Assembly (NCBI GenBank): GCA_964252075.1
Contig: CAXULY010000016.1
Span: 1 to 64,000 of the forward strand
Direction: 5' to 3'
Source of the DNA: an uncultured Deinococcaceae bacterium
Lineage (GTDB): Bacteria > Deinococcota > Deinococci > Deinococcales > Deinococcaceae
DNA: 64,000 bases
Shown here: positions 18,989 through 29,763 of the stretch, piece by piece
Layout: each line of letters starts with the position of its first letter
How positions within the stretch are numbered: the first letter of the stretch is position 1
The notes under the pieces: model-generated
The model's input: the letters and a program-made list of their open reading frames with translations, nothing else
What the model was told of the DNA's origin: nothing
The model's database searches: none
Position numbers and translations under genes: made by a program

Positions 18989-19792
18989 TCAGCCGCGCAG
19001 CGCGGCGTTCAGGTCATCGCGGAAGGCGCGCGCGGCGTCCACGCTGGCGTTCAGGTCGAGGCCGTCCGCGTACTGGATGCCGCGGCTGGCGCTCACCACG
19101 GCGCCCACGCCGCCCGGCAGGAAGGCCGGGGCGAGCGCCTGGGCGCGCGCGCCCTGCGCGCCGAGACCGGGCAGCAGCAGTGGCGCGCGCGGCATGAGCG
19201 CGCGGTGCTGCGCGAGCGCGTCCGGGTGGGTGGCGCCCACCACGGCGCCCACTGCGCTCAGCTCACCGGCGTCCGGTCCCGCCAGGCGGTTCAGTTCGAC
19301 GGCGACGCGTTCGGCGGCGCCCTGCCCCTGCAGGTCCGCGTGGCCGGGGTTGCTGGTGCGCACCAGCACGAACACCGCGCCGCCCTCGGCGCGCGCGGCG
19401 TCCACGAAGGGCGTCAGGGTCTCGAAGCCCAGGTAGGGGTTCACGGTGAGGGCGCTCCCCGCGTGCCGCCCCGTCAGCCACGCGCGCGCGTAGGCCTCGG
19501 CGGTGCTGCCGATGTCGCCACGCTTGCCGTCCAGAATGATGGGCAGGTCCAGCGCGCGCGCCTCCGCGCACACCTCCTCCAGCAGCCGCAGGCCGTCCAG
19601 GCCCAGCACCTCGAAGAACGCCAGTTGCGGCTTCACGCACGCCACGAGCTCCGCGGTGGCGTGCAGCACGCCGAGGGTGTGCGCGCGCAGCGCCGCGGTG
19701 TCCGGGTAGGCGTCGGCGCGCGGATCGAGGCCCAGGCACAGGCGGGTGTTCAGGTCGCGCGTCCGCCGGGTCAGCCGCTCGGTGAAGGTCAT
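18989..19792 (-). CDS. pyrF: Orotidine-5'-phosphate decarboxylase (subfamily 2)
   Basis: Motifs [38 protein letters not shown] and SASR. Confidence 0.97.
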   Translation of the reverse strand: MTFTERLTRRTRDLNTRLCLGLDPRADAYPDTAALRAHTLGVLHATAELVACVKPQLAFFEVLGLDGLRLLEEVCAEARALDLPIILDGKRGDIGSTAEAYARAWLTGRHAGSALTVNPYLGFETLTPFVDAARAEGGAVFVLVRTSNPGHADLQGQGAAERVAVELNRLAGPDAGELSAVGAVVGATHPDALAQHRALMPRAPLLLPGLGAQGARAQALAPAFLPGGVGAVVSASRGIQYADGLDLNASVDAARAFRDDLNAALRG

Positions 19793-19824
19793 CGCCCCAG
19801 AGGCTAACACGCGCCGGGGCGCCG

Positions 19825-21186
19825 TCAGTCCGCCGCCGCGGCGTGCGTGGCGGCCAGCTGCTCCCAGTTCAGGCGCCGCGCGCGCCACTCGAAAATCCCG
19901 ACCTTCACGAACTCCTCCACGCCGCGCGCCGCGAAGAGGCCCGCCGCACCCCAGCCGAGGTGCAGCCCCAGCAGCGCGAGCGGCAGGCCGACCGCGAAGG
20001 CCCCCACCGCGTCCCCAAGGATCACGCCGCGCCCGTCGCCGCCGCTCGGGAGGGCGCCGCCGCCGAGCAGCATGTTGCGCACCTTCAGGGGCTGCGCGAC
20101 GGCGCTCAGCAGGATGCCCGTGATGGCCACCGCGCGCACCTCCGGGCCCAGGCGCGGGTACAGCCACGGCAGCAGCAGCGCCGAGAGGGCGAACAGCGCG
20201 CCGAAACCCACGCCCGTCAGGAGGCCCGCGCGCGACACGCGCGCCAGCCAGCGCCGCGCGCCCGCCGCGTCCCCGCGCCCCACGGACTGCCCAATCAGGG
20301 TGGTGGCGGCGCTCATGAGGCCGATGGAGCCCAGCACGAACACGCCCTCCAGGGTGTTCGCCACCTGACTGCCCGCCAGGGCGTTCACGCCCAGGCGCGC
20401 GAACAGCACCGTGTACAGGAAGGTGCCGACGCTCCACGCGACCTCCGTCACGGCGAGCGGCCCGGCGAGGGACAGCAGCGGCGCCAGCACCGCGCGCCGG
20501 TCGCCCGCGGGCGGCAGGGCGGGCCGCGCGAGGGCGCGCCGCCCGAACACCTGCTGCGCCAGGATGGCGGCCTTCACGGTCTGCGCGGCCAGGGTCGCCC
20601 ACGCGGCGCCCAGAATGCCGAGCGCCGGGACGGGCCCGAGGCCGAACACCAGCAGGTACCCCAGGCCGGTGTTCACGCTCATGGCGATGAGCGTCACGAC
20701 CATGGGGGTGCGGGCGTGCCCCAGGGAGCGCAGGGTGCCGCTCAGCACCGCGCCGAGCGTGGCGGGCAGCAGCGCGAGCGCGCTCACGCGCAGGAAGGGC
20801 GCGGCGAGCGGGGCGAGGCGCGCGTCGCCGCCCGCGAGGTGCAGCACGGGGCCCGCCACGAGGCTCAGCGTGACGCCCACCAGCAGCGCCAGCACGGCCG
20901 CGAGCAGCAGGGCGCTGCCCAGGGTGCGGTCCACGCCCGCGCGGCGCCCTCCGCCCGTCGCGCGCGCGACCAGCACGGCGGTGCTGCCGCCCAGCGTGCC
21001 GAGCGCGAGCACGAAGATGAAACTCACGCTGTTCGAGAGGCCGACCGCGGCGACCGCGAGGGCGCCGAGGGTGCCCACGATCACCTGATCGATCACGCCG
21101 AGCAGCAGCTGGAACACGAACTCCAGGCTGACCGGCACGGCGAGCCGCGCGATCTGACGGGTGGGGGAGGGGGCGGGCGCGGTCAC
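19825..21186 (-). CDS. MATE family efflux transporter
   Basis: Motifs LAVPV...DQVIVGTLG and [11 protein letters not shown], with two internally repeated hydrophobic halves. Confidence 0.92.
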   Translation of the reverse strand: MTAPAPSPTRQIARLAVPVSLEFVFQLLLGVIDQVIVGTLGALAVAAVGLSNSVSFIFVLALGTLGGSTAVLVARATGGGRRAGVDRTLGSALLLAAVLALLVGVTLSLVAGPVLHLAGGDARLAPLAAPFLRVSALALLPATLGAVLSGTLRSLGHARTPMVVTLIAMSVNTGLGYLLVFGLGPVPALGILGAAWATLAAQTVKAAILAQQVFGRRALARPALPPAGDRRAVLAPLLSLAGPLAVTEVAWSVGTFLYTVLFARLGVNALAGSQVANTLEGVFVLGSIGLMSAATTLIGQSVGRGDAAGARRWLARVSRAGLLTGVGFGALFALSALLLPWLYPRLGPEVRAVAITGILLSAVAQPLKVRNMLLGGGALPSGGDGRGVILGDAVGAFAVGLPLALLGLHLGWGAAGLFAARGVEEFVKVGIFEWRARRLNWEQLAATHAAAAD

Positions 21187-21229
21187 AAGCGCACCCTAGC
21201 AGCTCTCGCTGAATCGATACAGATGCGGG

Positions 21230-21955
21230 TTACAGCGCCGCACCGCCGAGGACGCGCGCCGCCGCCACCACCAGCGCCGCGTTGTCCGCCGCGCGCGCGC
21301 CGTCCGGCAGGATCAGCGTGTCCTCCAGCCCCACCCGCGTGTCCAGGCCCAGTCCGCCCGCCAGGCGGACGAGGGGCCACGCGCTGCGCTCGCTGCCGTG
21401 CAGCAGGCGCGGGACCGCCACGTTCGCCTCCTCCAGCACCAGCAGGATGTCCCCGGCGGTCCGCTCGGCCTCGGCGGGCGGCTGGTCGTGCACCTCCACC
21501 AGCGCGCGCAGCACCCCCGGCGCGAGCGGCGACCGGGCGAAGGCCCGCGCGGCCCCCACGTGGAAGAGGCCCGCCTCCACGCCCACCCCAGCCTCCAGCA
21601 GCGACGCCGCGAGCGCCTCCGCGCCCGGCTCGTGCCAGTTCACCGACACGAAGTCCGGCCGCACCGTCCAGCCCCGCACCGCCTCCAGGCGCCGCGCCGC
21701 GTCGCCCGTGATCCACAGGCCGCTCGACACCCCGACCGGCACGCCCGGACACGCGGCGCGCACGGCGTCCAGCGCCGCCGCCACGTCCGGCCCCGCCAGG
21801 GACTCAAGGCCCGTCGCGTCCCGCGGGTGCAGGTGCAGGCTCCCCGCGCCCGCCGCCACGCAGGCCGCCGCGTCGCGCGCCAGCGCCTCCGGGGTCAGCG
21901 GCAGCGCCGGGTGACGGCCCGGCGCGCGGTCCCCGTTCAGGCACGCCTGCAGCAC
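21230..21955 (-). CDS. Beta-keto acid cleavage enzyme (BKACE / DUF849, 3-keto-5-aminohexanoate cleavage family)
   Basis: Motifs LQACLNG...HPALPLTP, zinc-binding HLHPR and RVGLED. Confidence 0.9.
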   Translation of the reverse strand: MLQACLNGDRAPGRHPALPLTPEALARDAAACVAAGAGSLHLHPRDATGLESLAGPDVAAALDAVRAACPGVPVGVSSGLWITGDAARRLEAVRGWTVRPDFVSVNWHEPGAEALAASLLEAGVGVEAGLFHVGAARAFARSPLAPGVLRALVEVHDQPPAEAERTAGDILLVLEEANVAVPRLLHGSERSAWPLVRLAGGLGLDTRVGLEDTLILPDGARAADNAALVVAAARVLGGAAL

Positions 21956-21960
21956 CCCGC

Positions 21961-22851
21961 CTACTTCCCGGAGCGGATCTCCACGCCCGCCCACGACTCA
22001 ATGAGTTTCACCGCCGCCGTGTGGTCCTGCTCCGCGCCCACCGCGCGGCTCGCGGCGCGCACCAGTTCCTCAATCTGCGCCAGCACCGGCACCGGCACGC
22101 CCGCCGCGCGCGCGGTGTCCAGCGCGATGCCCGCGTCCTTCGCGAGCAGGCCCAGCTTGAAGGTCGCGGGGAACTCGCCCGTCAGCACGCGCGCCGGGAA
22201 GAGGTTCTCGGAGGAGTTGCTGCGCCCACTCGACGCGTTGATGACGGTCAGTGCGCTCCCCACCTCCACGCCCAGCGCCGCGAGCGCCGCGAGGCCCTCG
22301 CCCAGGGTCCAGATGTGCGCGGCGAGCAGCGCGTTGTTCACGGCCTTCACCGCGAAGCCCGCGCCCTGCGGCCCCACGTGCACCACCGTCGCCGCGAACG
22401 CCGAGATCACCTCGCGCACCCGCTCCAGCGCCGCCGGGTCGCCCCCCACCATGACGGTCAGGCGGCCCGATTGCGCGCCCACCACGCCGCCCGACACGGG
22501 CGCGTCCAGCAGCGCCACCCCCGCGCCATCCAGGACGCTCGCCTGCGCGCGGGCGGCGTCCGGCACGCCGCTCGTGCAGTCCACCCACACGCTCCCCGCG
22601 CGCACGTGCGGCAGGGCGTCCCGCAGCACGCCGTCCACGTCCGCGCTGGTGGGCAGGCACAGGAACACCACGTCCGCCGCGACCACCTCCGACAGCGTCA
22701 CCTGCTCCGAGCCGAATGCTGCCACGTGGCGCGCGGCGGTGTCCGCCGTGCGGTTCCACACCCGCGTCCGGTACCGCTGCGCGAGGTGCCCCGCCATGGG
22801 GTACCCCATGGCGCCCAGACCGATGAAGCCGACCGTGATGTCACTCGTCAT
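21961..22851 (-). CDS. NAD(P)-dependent beta-hydroxyacid dehydrogenase (3-hydroxyisobutyrate DH / tartronate semialdehyde reductase family)
   Basis: Motifs [20 protein letters not shown] and F.L.L..KD. Confidence 0.92.
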   Translation of the reverse strand: MTSDITVGFIGLGAMGYPMAGHLAQRYRTRVWNRTADTAARHVAAFGSEQVTLSEVVAADVVFLCLPTSADVDGVLRDALPHVRAGSVWVDCTSGVPDAARAQASVLDGAGVALLDAPVSGGVVGAQSGRLTVMVGGDPAALERVREVISAFAATVVHVGPQGAGFAVKAVNNALLAAHIWTLGEGLAALAALGVEVGSALTVINASSGRSNSSENLFPARVLTGEFPATFKLGLLAKDAGIALDTARAAGVPVPVLAQIEELVRAASRAVGAEQDHTAAVKLIESWAGVEIRSGK

Positions 22852-22939
22852 GCGCTCCAGCCTAATGCGCGCGGCGCCGCACGCGCGGGATGTGGGCATT
22901 CTTCACGAATGGTGTGCGCCCGCCCGCTACACTTGAGTC

Positions 22940-23350
22940 ATGAAGGCGATCCGCAACACGCGGCAACGCCAGGCGGTCCTGAACGTCGTGCGCCGCGCGC
23001 ACAACCACCCCGACGCCGCCTGGATTTTCGACCAGGTGCGCGCCGAACTGCCGCAGATCAGCCTCGGCACGGTGTACCGCGCGCTCGACACGCTCGTCGC
23101 GCAGGGCGAACTGCTGCGCCTCTCCGGCACGCCGGGCGCCACCCGCTACGACGTGCCGCACCCGCAGCACCACCACTTCGTGTGCGACCGCTGCGGCACC
23201 ATCTTGGACGTGGACCTGCACCTGCCCGACATGGGCGACCTGCAGGGGCAGCTGCCCGCCGGCGTGCGCCTGAGCGGCGCCACCCTGATGCTCTCGGGCC
23301 TGTGCGCCACCTGCGCCGCCAGCGACCCGCGCGCCGACACCCTGAACTGA
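22940..23350 (+). CDS. Fur family regulator, PerR-like
   Basis: Motifs TRQR, HPDA, ISLGTVYR, RYD, HHHFVCDRCG, ILDV and CATC. The His/Asp ligand pattern resembles PerR. Confidence 0.9.
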   Translation: MKAIRNTRQRQAVLNVVRRAHNHPDAAWIFDQVRAELPQISLGTVYRALDTLVAQGELLRLSGTPGATRYDVPHPQHHHFVCDRCGTILDVDLHLPDMGDLQGQLPAGVRLSGATLMLSGLCATCAASDPRADTLN

Positions 23351-23352
23351 CC

Positions 23353-23377
23353 GGGGCACCCCAGCTCAGGGTGCCCC
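23353..23377. terminator. Hairpin between the convergent fur-like and dacB genes
   Basis: GGGGCACCC-N7-GGGTGCCCC. Confidence 0.55.
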
Positions 23378-23390
23378 CACCCGCGCCGCC

Positions 23391-24755
23391 TCAGTACTTC
23401 GCGGCGATGGCCTGCACGATCTCGTCCTGCCAGCGCGTGAGGTCCCCCAGCGGACCGGGGTAGTTGTCCATCAGCACGCTGAAACTCAGCACGCGGCCGG
23501 ATTTGGCCTTCAGGTACCCGCTGACGCTCGCCACGCCCGTCATGCTGCCCGTCTTGGCGCGCACGTCCAGGCCCGAGCCCACGAGGCGCTTGGCGAGCGT
23601 CCCGCCGCGCGCGGCGTCATCGGCGGTGGCGGTCCCGGTGCCCGCCACGGGCAGGCTCTCGATGAACGCGTTGCGGTGCTCCTCGAAGGCCGCGTGCGGG
23701 TCGGGCGTGCTGCCGTCCGCCGCTCGGGGGTTCAGGTACGCGTAGCGCAGCACGCTCGACATCAGGGCGGGCGACACGAGGTTGTAGCGCGAGAGGCCGC
23801 TGCCGTCCCGCAGGCGGTAATCGCTGCCCCCGTACCCGGCGGTCTTCAGGAAGGCCGCCATGGCCGCCGCGCTGCGCTCCGGCGTGCCGGGCGTGCCGTC
23901 CTCGCCCACGCCGAGCGCCGCGAGGAGCTGCTCGGCGTGGATGTTCACGCTCTCCTTGTTGGTGTCGCGCAGGATGTCCGCGAGCGGCTCGGACGTCACG
24001 GCGGCCAGCTCGGCGTCCCCGTCCTCGGCGCGCGCGAGCGTGGGCGTGCCGGTCGAGCGGACGCCCGCCGCGATGAGCAGTGCCTGGAAGCGCGTGGCGA
24101 CCTCCAGCGGCAGCACGGACGGGTCCGTGACCAGGAGCGGGTTCGGCTGCTTCCCGGCCTTCACCTCGTCGTTCCCCAGCACCAGTTCGCCGTAGGGCGC
24201 GCCGTCCCCGTCCAGGTGCAGCGCCCCGATGGGGAACTCGGTGTCGTCCCACGTCCAGCCGTTTCCCCAGCGCGGCCAGTTCAGCGCGCTGTCGTCCACG
24301 CGCAGCTCGCCCACCTCGCGCACGCCGGACGCTGCGACGGCCCGCGCGAGCGCCTCCAGGCTGTCCCCGCCGCCCCGCTCGGTCAGCATGGGGTCGCCGC
24401 TGCCGCGCAGCGTGAGGCGCGCGACGCGTCCGCCCGTGGCGGCCGGGGCGAGGGCCACGGTTCTGAAGGTGCGCTGCGGCCCGAAGGCGTACAGCGCGGC
24501 GGCGGTCGTGAGGACCTTCATGTTGCTGGCGGGCGTGAACGCTTCCGTCTCGTGCCACGCGAGGAGCGTCTCGCCGCTCGCGGGGTCCTGCACCAGCAGG
24601 CCGGTGTGGGCGCCCGGCGCGGCGCTGCCGTCCTGTTTCACGGGGCCGCGCGCGAGCAGGCCCCCCAGGGGGTCCGTCATGGGGCCTCCAGTCTGGGCGG
24701 CGGCGAAGGTCGCCAGGGCGAGGGAGCAGAGCAGCAGGGAAGGGACAGGGCGCAT
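23391..24755 (-). CDS. dacB: D-alanyl-D-alanine carboxypeptidase/endopeptidase (PBP4, S13)
   Basis: Signal peptide, SxxK (PASNMK), SxN (ESVN), DGSGLSR and KTG. GGAGG RBS. Confidence 0.93.
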   Translation of the reverse strand: MRPVPSLLLCSLALATFAAAQTGGPMTDPLGGLLARGPVKQDGSAAPGAHTGLLVQDPASGETLLAWHETEAFTPASNMKVLTTAAALYAFGPQRTFRTVALAPAATGGRVARLTLRGSGDPMLTERGGGDSLEALARAVAASGVREVGELRVDDSALNWPRWGNGWTWDDTEFPIGALHLDGDGAPYGELVLGNDEVKAGKQPNPLLVTDPSVLPLEVATRFQALLIAAGVRSTGTPTLARAEDGDAELAAVTSEPLADILRDTNKESVNIHAEQLLAALGVGEDGTPGTPERSAAAMAAFLKTAGYGGSDYRLRDGSGLSRYNLVSPALMSSVLRYAYLNPRAADGSTPDPHAAFEEHRNAFIESLPVAGTGTATADDAARGGTLAKRLVGSGLDVRAKTGSMTGVASVSGYLKAKSGRVLSFSVLMDNYPGPLGDLTRWQDEIVQAIAAKY

Positions 24756-24883
24756 GCAGGAACCTCCGCAGGACTGAAATGTGCGCCCCACCATACCCCG
24801 CGGCCCGGTGCGCGTCAAAAGTGGCGCGCGATTGCACGAAAAGCGCGGCGCCCCGCGCGGGGCAGCTCCTAGACTGAGCCTCG

Positions 24884-27076
24884 ATGCGCCCCCTGGCCCG
24901 TTTCGTCACCCGCCGCCCCTGGCTGGTCCTCGCGCTGTGGGCGCTGGTGGCGCTGCTGTGCGCTCCGCTCGCGGCGCTCGCCCCCCGCCACCTCACCGCC
25001 GACCCGGGCCGCGTGCCGGGCGCCGAGAGCGCGCGCGTGATCGAGGCGCTGCAGCGCGACTTCGGGGAGCGGGACAGCAACACCGTGCTGCTGGTGGTGC
25101 GCGGCGCCGACCGGGTGGGCAGCGCCGCCTTCACGGCGCGCTACGACGCCTTCGTGCGCGCCCTGAGCGCCACGCCCGGCGTGTCGCGGGTGGTGCGCTA
25201 CGACGCGCAGACGGTTGTGCGCGCGGTCAGCGCGGATGGCCGCGCAACCCTGACGCTCGCGCAGATTCCCCTGCAGGACAGCGCGACCCTCGCGCGCATC
25301 CGCGCGCTCGCGCAGCGGCAGCCTCAGGCGCTGCGCGTGCAGGTGACGGGCGCGCAGGCCATCGCGGACGACTTCACGGCCTTCGCGGAGGGCGACACGC
25401 GCCGCAGCGAATTCACGGCGCTGCCGCTCATCGCGGTGGTGCTGCTGTTCGTGTTCGGGGCGCTCGTCGCGGTGGGCCTGCCGCTCGTGACGGGCCTGCT
25501 GTCCATCACGACCGCCATGGCGGTGCTGTACGGCCTGACGCTCGTCACGGACGTGTCGAGCTTCGCGCAGAGCGTCATCACCATGCTGGGCCTCGGGGCG
25601 GGCATCGATTACGCGCTGCTGATGGTGAACCGCTTCCGGGAGGAACTCGCGGCGGGCCGCCTGCCCCCGCAGGCCGCCGAACGCACCCTGCTGACCGCCG
25701 GGCGCAGCGTGCTGTTCAGCGGCGGGGCCGTCGCGGTGGCGATGGCCGCCATGATCGTCCCGCCCATCACCTTCGTGCGCAGCATGGGCATCGGGGGGGT
25801 GCTGGCGGTCGCGCTCACCATCCTGGCGAGCCTCACGGCGCTGCCCGCCCTGCTCGCGGTGCTGGGCGAGCGCGTGAACAGCCCCCGGGTGTTGCGCCTC
25901 ACCTGGAGTCAGAATCCGCAGGCGAGCCTCGCCTGGACGGCCTTCGCGCGGCGCGTGCTGCGCCGCCCGTGGCTCGCGGTGCTGGGCAGCACGGCGCTGC
26001 TGCTGCTCCTCGCGTGGCCCGCCACGAACATGCGCCTCGGGTACGCGGGCGCCTGGGGCCTCACGCGCGGCGTGGAGTCCCGCGAGGCCCTCACTGCGGT
26101 GGACGCCCTCGGCGCGGGCGGCCTGCTCTCCAGCTTCGAGGTGGTGCTGGACCTCGGGCACCGCTACGGCCCCACCGACCGCGCGCGCTTCCGGGCGCTC
26201 GTGCAGCGCCTGGAGGCCCTGCCGGGCGTGCAGACGGTCGTGTCGCCCTTCGTGCGGGCCAGCGACCTCGGCGCGGGCGGCAGCCTCGCGGACCTCGCGG
26301 CGCTCACGCAGCGCTCCTTCAGCGGCGACCGCACGCGCCTGCGGGTCACGGTGCTGCCCGAACGCTACCTGCGCGCCGACCAGATCGACCCCTTCGAGGC
26401 GCGCCTGCGCGCCGCCCTGGGCGCCTCCGGCCTGCCGTTCCTGCTGGGCGGCGCGCCCGTCGGGGAGCGCGAGTTCAGCCGCGCCATCACGGACGCGCTG
26501 CCCGGCGCGGTCGCCCTGGTGTTCGCCGCGACCTTCGTGATCCTGGCAGTTGCCTTCCGCTCGCTGCTCATTCCCCTCAAGAGCATCATCATGAATTCCC
26601 TCACGGTCGGCGCGGCGTACGGCGTGGTGACGCTGGTCGTGCAGGAGGGGCGCGGCGCGGCGCTGCTGGGCGTGCCGCAGGACACCGGGGTGCTGGACAG
26701 CATCCTGCCGCTCATCCTGTTCGCGGTGCTGTTCGGCCTCAGCATGGATTACGAGATCTTCCTGCTGTCGCGCGTGCAGGAGGAGCACCTGCGCGGCGCC
26801 AGCAACGACGAGGCGGTGGTGCGCGCGGTGGGGCGCACCGCGCGCATCATCACGAGCGCGGCGCTGATCATGTTCATCGTGTTCTGCGCGTTCATCGTGG
26901 GGCGCGTCGTGGCGAACAAGAGCATCGGTCTGGGGCTCGCCGTCGCGGTGCTGCTGGACGCCACGCTGGTGCGGCTGGTGCTGGTGCCGGGCTTCCTGAA
27001 ACTCGCGGGGCGCTGGAACTGGTGGCTGCCCGGCTGGCTGGAGCGCCGCCTGCCGCGCGCGCCGCTGGAGCATTAA
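24884..27076 (+). CDS. MMPL family (RND superfamily) transporter
   Basis: Motifs [36 protein letters not shown] and RWNWWLP. Confidence 0.95.
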   Translation: MRPLARFVTRRPWLVLALWALVALLCAPLAALAPRHLTADPGRVPGAESARVIEALQRDFGERDSNTVLLVVRGADRVGSAAFTARYDAFVRALSATPGVSRVVRYDAQTVVRAVSADGRATLTLAQIPLQDSATLARIRALAQRQPQALRVQVTGAQAIADDFTAFAEGDTRRSEFTALPLIAVVLLFVFGALVAVGLPLVTGLLSITTAMAVLYGLTLVTDVSSFAQSVITMLGLGAGIDYALLMVNRFREELAAGRLPPQAAERTLLTAGRSVLFSGGAVAVAMAAMIVPPITFVRSMGIGGVLAVALTILASLTALPALLAVLGERVNSPRVLRLTWSQNPQASLAWTAFARRVLRRPWLAVLGSTALLLLLAWPATNMRLGYAGAWGLTRGVESREALTAVDALGAGGLLSSFEVVLDLGHRYGPTDRARFRALVQRLEALPGVQTVVSPFVRASDLGAGGSLADLAALTQRSFSGDRTRLRVTVLPERYLRADQIDPFEARLRAALGASGLPFLLGGAPVGEREFSRAITDALPGAVALVFAATFVILAVAFRSLLIPLKSIIMNSLTVGAAYGVVTLVVQEGRGAALLGVPQDTGVLDSILPLILFAVLFGLSMDYEIFLLSRVQEEHLRGASNDEAVVRAVGRTARIITSAALIMFIVFCAFIVGRVVANKSIGLGLAVAVLLDATLVRLVLVPGFLKLAGRWNWWLPGWLERRLPRAPLEH

Positions 27077-27143
27077 GCGCGCGTCACACCCGTGAAAGGC
27101 GGTTGAAAGACCCGGGTCGGTATAACAGATCAAGACGTTTAAC

Positions 27144-28223
27144 ATGAAGCGAAGCGACCGTCAAGGACTCCAGCAGTGGGTGCACAGCCACGACGACCCA
27201 CCCCACGTCACCGACGTGAAGCGGCGCGCGTACCTGGTGGCGCTGCTGGTGTCCCTGCCCGGCCTGCTGCTGATCCTGCCGTACCTGTGGCACCGCGCGC
27301 TGTACCTGAACGCCATCCTGCACGCCGCCGTGACGTTGCTGGCGCTGCTGGGCGTGCTGGTCGTGACGCGCCTGCCCTCCCTGCTGCCGCTCGCGGAGCG
27401 CGTCATGGGGCTGGCGCTCCTCGTGAGTTCCACGGCCTTCGTGCTGTCGCGCCTCGCGCTGGGCGCGGACCTCTACTCGCCCGCCTTCGCGCCCGTGGTG
27501 CTGCTGTTCTTCTCGGCGGGCCTGCTGGTCGCCACGCCGGTCCGCGTGGCGCCGGTGGCGATCGCACTGCTGCTGGCGCTCAGCCTGCTGGGCGACTGGT
27601 GGCCGCACCCGCCCGCGCACGTGGTGTCCACGCTGATGGTGGAGTCCATCGAGGTGGCGACCGTGGCGCTCATGCTGACGCTGCTGCTCTACCGGCACTG
27701 GTGGCGGGACGCCAAGCGGCACGGCCGCGACCTGGAGCGCCTCGCGCACACCGACGAACTCACCGCGCTGCCCAACCGGCGCGCGGTGAGCGAGGCCTTC
27801 GAGCGGCTCGCCTCGGGTGGCGTGGCCCTGCTGCTCATCGACCTCGACGACTTCAAGCGCATCAACGACCGCTACGGTCACCCCGAGGGGGACCGCGTGC
27901 TGTGGCACGTGGGTCACGTGCTGGCGGACACGCTCGGCGCGCGCGGCACGCTGGGGCGCTGGGGCGGCGAGGAGTTCCTGGCGGTCCTGCCCGGTCACCC
28001 CCTGGACGCCGCCCTGCGCGTCGCGGAGGAGCTGCGCCTCGCCGTGCAGACCGCGGTGGGCGGCCCGGAGCCCCTCAGCGTGAGCGTCGGGGTGGCGGTC
28101 CGGCAGCCCGGCGAGGACCTCGCGCCGGTCCTGCGCCGCGCGGACCGCGCCATCTACCAGGCGAAAGCGGAAGGCAAGAACACCGTGCGCGCGGCCTCAC
28201 TGGACGAACCCCAGCCCTGCTGA
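27144..28223 (+). CDS. Membrane-bound diguanylate cyclase
   Basis: About six hydrophobic segments, then DELTALPNR, DLDDFKRIND and RWGGEEF. Confidence 0.93.
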   Translation: MKRSDRQGLQQWVHSHDDPPHVTDVKRRAYLVALLVSLPGLLLILPYLWHRALYLNAILHAAVTLLALLGVLVVTRLPSLLPLAERVMGLALLVSSTAFVLSRLALGADLYSPAFAPVVLLFFSAGLLVATPVRVAPVAIALLLALSLLGDWWPHPPAHVVSTLMVESIEVATVALMLTLLLYRHWWRDAKRHGRDLERLAHTDELTALPNRRAVSEAFERLASGGVALLLIDLDDFKRINDRYGHPEGDRVLWHVGHVLADTLGARGTLGRWGGEEFLAVLPGHPLDAALRVAEELRLAVQTAVGGPEPLSVSVGVAVRQPGEDLAPVLRRADRAIYQAKAEGKNTVRAASLDEPQPC

Positions 28224-28259
28224 GCGGGCGGGGGACGCGGTCCGCGCAACCCCGCCCGC
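28224..28259. terminator. Hairpin between convergent genes
   Basis: GCGGGCGGGG / CCCCGCCCGC 10-bp inverted repeat with an inner CGCG/CGCG stem. Confidence 0.55.
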
Positions 28260-28266
28260 CGGGCGC

Positions 28267-29289
28267 TCAGCGTTCCAGTTCGGTGCGGGCGCGCTCCCAG
28301 TCACTGACCTTCGTGATCTCCGCGAGGTCCTCGTCCGTCAGCGTGAGCTGCACGGTGCCCAGCAGTTCCTGCAGCTGTTGCACGCTGTTCGCGCCGATGA
28401 TGGGGGCCGTCATGGCGGGCTGCGCGAGCATCCACGCCAGCGCCACCTGCGCGGGCTTCGCGCCGTGCCGCCCCGCAACGGCCTCCAGCGCCTCCACCAC
28501 GTCGAAGTTCTGGTCGCTGAAGCGCCGCCGCGAGTTCTCATCGGCGCGCACGCTCTCCGGCAGCGCCTGCCCGCGCTTGTACTTGCCGGTCAGCATGCCG
28601 CCGCCCAGCGGGCTCCACGGAATGATGCCAATGCCGTACTCCACGCACACCGGCATGAGTTCCCGCTCGAAGTTCGCGCGGGTGGGGGACAGCAGGCTGT
28701 ACTCCGGCTGAATGCTCACGTACGACTCCAGGCCCTTTTTGTCACTCGTCCAGAGGGCCTGCATGAGCCGCCACGCGCTGTAGTTGCTGCACCCGATGTA
28801 CCGCACGTACCCGCGCTGCACCAGCTCCGTGAAGGCCGCCAGGGTCTCCTCGATGGGCGTCTGGTTGTCCACCCAGTGCGCCTGGTACAGGTCGATGTGG
28901 TCCGTCTGGAGGCGGCGCAGGCTGTCCTCGCAGGCCTTTAAAATCCAGCGGCGCGAGAGGCCCTCGCGCTGGTGGATGGTGTTGCGGCCCTGGTCGTTGT
29001 CCATGCCGCCCATCGCGCCGCGCACCTTCGTGGCGATCACAATATCGTCGCGGTTCCCGCGCGCCTTCATCCAGCGCCCGATGATCTCCTCCGACACGCC
29101 GCCAGGGTTGCCGGGCGTCCAGGTGGTGTAGATGTCGGCGGTGTCGATGAAGTTTCCGCCCGCCTCGAAGTACGCGTCCATGATGCTGAACGCGGCGTCC
29201 TCGCCGGCGCTCCAGCCGAACTGCATACTGCCCAGGCCGATGGGGAAGAGGTGCAGGCCGCTGCGGCCCAGGCGTCTGTAGGTGGTCAT
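28267..29289 (-). CDS. Aldo/keto reductase (340 aa)
   Basis: Motifs [35 protein letters not shown] and [16 protein letters not shown]; overlaps the MerR stop. Confidence 0.95.
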   Translation of the reverse strand: MTTYRRLGRSGLHLFPIGLGSMQFGWSAGEDAAFSIMDAYFEAGGNFIDTADIYTTWTPGNPGGVSEEIIGRWMKARGNRDDIVIATKVRGAMGGMDNDQGRNTIHQREGLSRRWILKACEDSLRRLQTDHIDLYQAHWVDNQTPIEETLAAFTELVQRGYVRYIGCSNYSAWRLMQALWTSDKKGLESYVSIQPEYSLLSPTRANFERELMPVCVEYGIGIIPWSPLGGGMLTGKYKRGQALPESVRADENSRRRFSDQNFDVVEALEAVAGRHGAKPAQVALAWMLAQPAMTAPIIGANSVQQLQELLGTVQLTLTDEDLAEITKVSDWERARTELER

Positions 29290-29666
29290 GACATGCCTCC
29301 GGTTTCCTTGCGGTAGTGCTCGATCTTGTGGTCGATGGCCAGCAGGGACGCCTCCAGGTCCGCGATGCGCGCGCGCACCTCGGCCTTGTGCGCCTCCAAG
29401 AGCGCGAGGCGCTGCGGCACGCTCGCGGGGCCCTCGCGGGCCAGCGCCGTGAAGGCCTGCAGCTTCCCGATGGACATGCCGGTCGCGCGCAGGCACGACA
29501 GGAAACCCACGCGGTGCAGGTCGTCCGGGTGGTAGCGGCGGTGCCCGCCCGAGCGGCGCGCGATGGGCTCCAGCAGCCCGATGCGCTCGTAGTACCGCAG
29601 GGTATGGATGCTGAGCCCGGTGCGGCGCGCCGCGTCGTTGATGCCCAGGTCTTCTGCTGCCTCCAT
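29286..29666 (-). CDS. MerR family regulator, AdhR/NmlR-like (126 aa)
   Basis: [11 protein letters not shown]...GHRRY HTH, with a single Cys in [12 protein letters not shown]. Start placed at 29666 because the -10 box overlaps the upstream ATG. Confidence 0.92.
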   Translation of the reverse strand: MEAAEDLGINDAARRTGLSIHTLRYYERIGLLEPIARRSGGHRRYHPDDLHRVGFLSCLRATGMSIGKLQAFTALAREGPASVPQRLALLEAHKAEVRARIADLEASLLAIDHKIEHYRKETGGMS

Positions 29667-29673
29667 GACCAAG

Positions 29674-29704
29674 AGCATGCAACCTAGAGTGCACTCCAGG
29701 TCAA
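29674..29704 (-). promoter_or_regulatory. MerR-type promoter with a 19-bp spacer and dyad operator
   Basis: TTGACC (29704-29699), 19 nt, CATGCT (29679-29674). Dyad ACCTAGAGTGCACTCCAGGT at 29682-29701. Confidence 0.88.
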
Positions 29705-29763
29705 GCCCGACGGGTCATGTCTGAAGCGCCCTGAAGCTCCGTGTCATGAGGGGCGCCCAGGCG

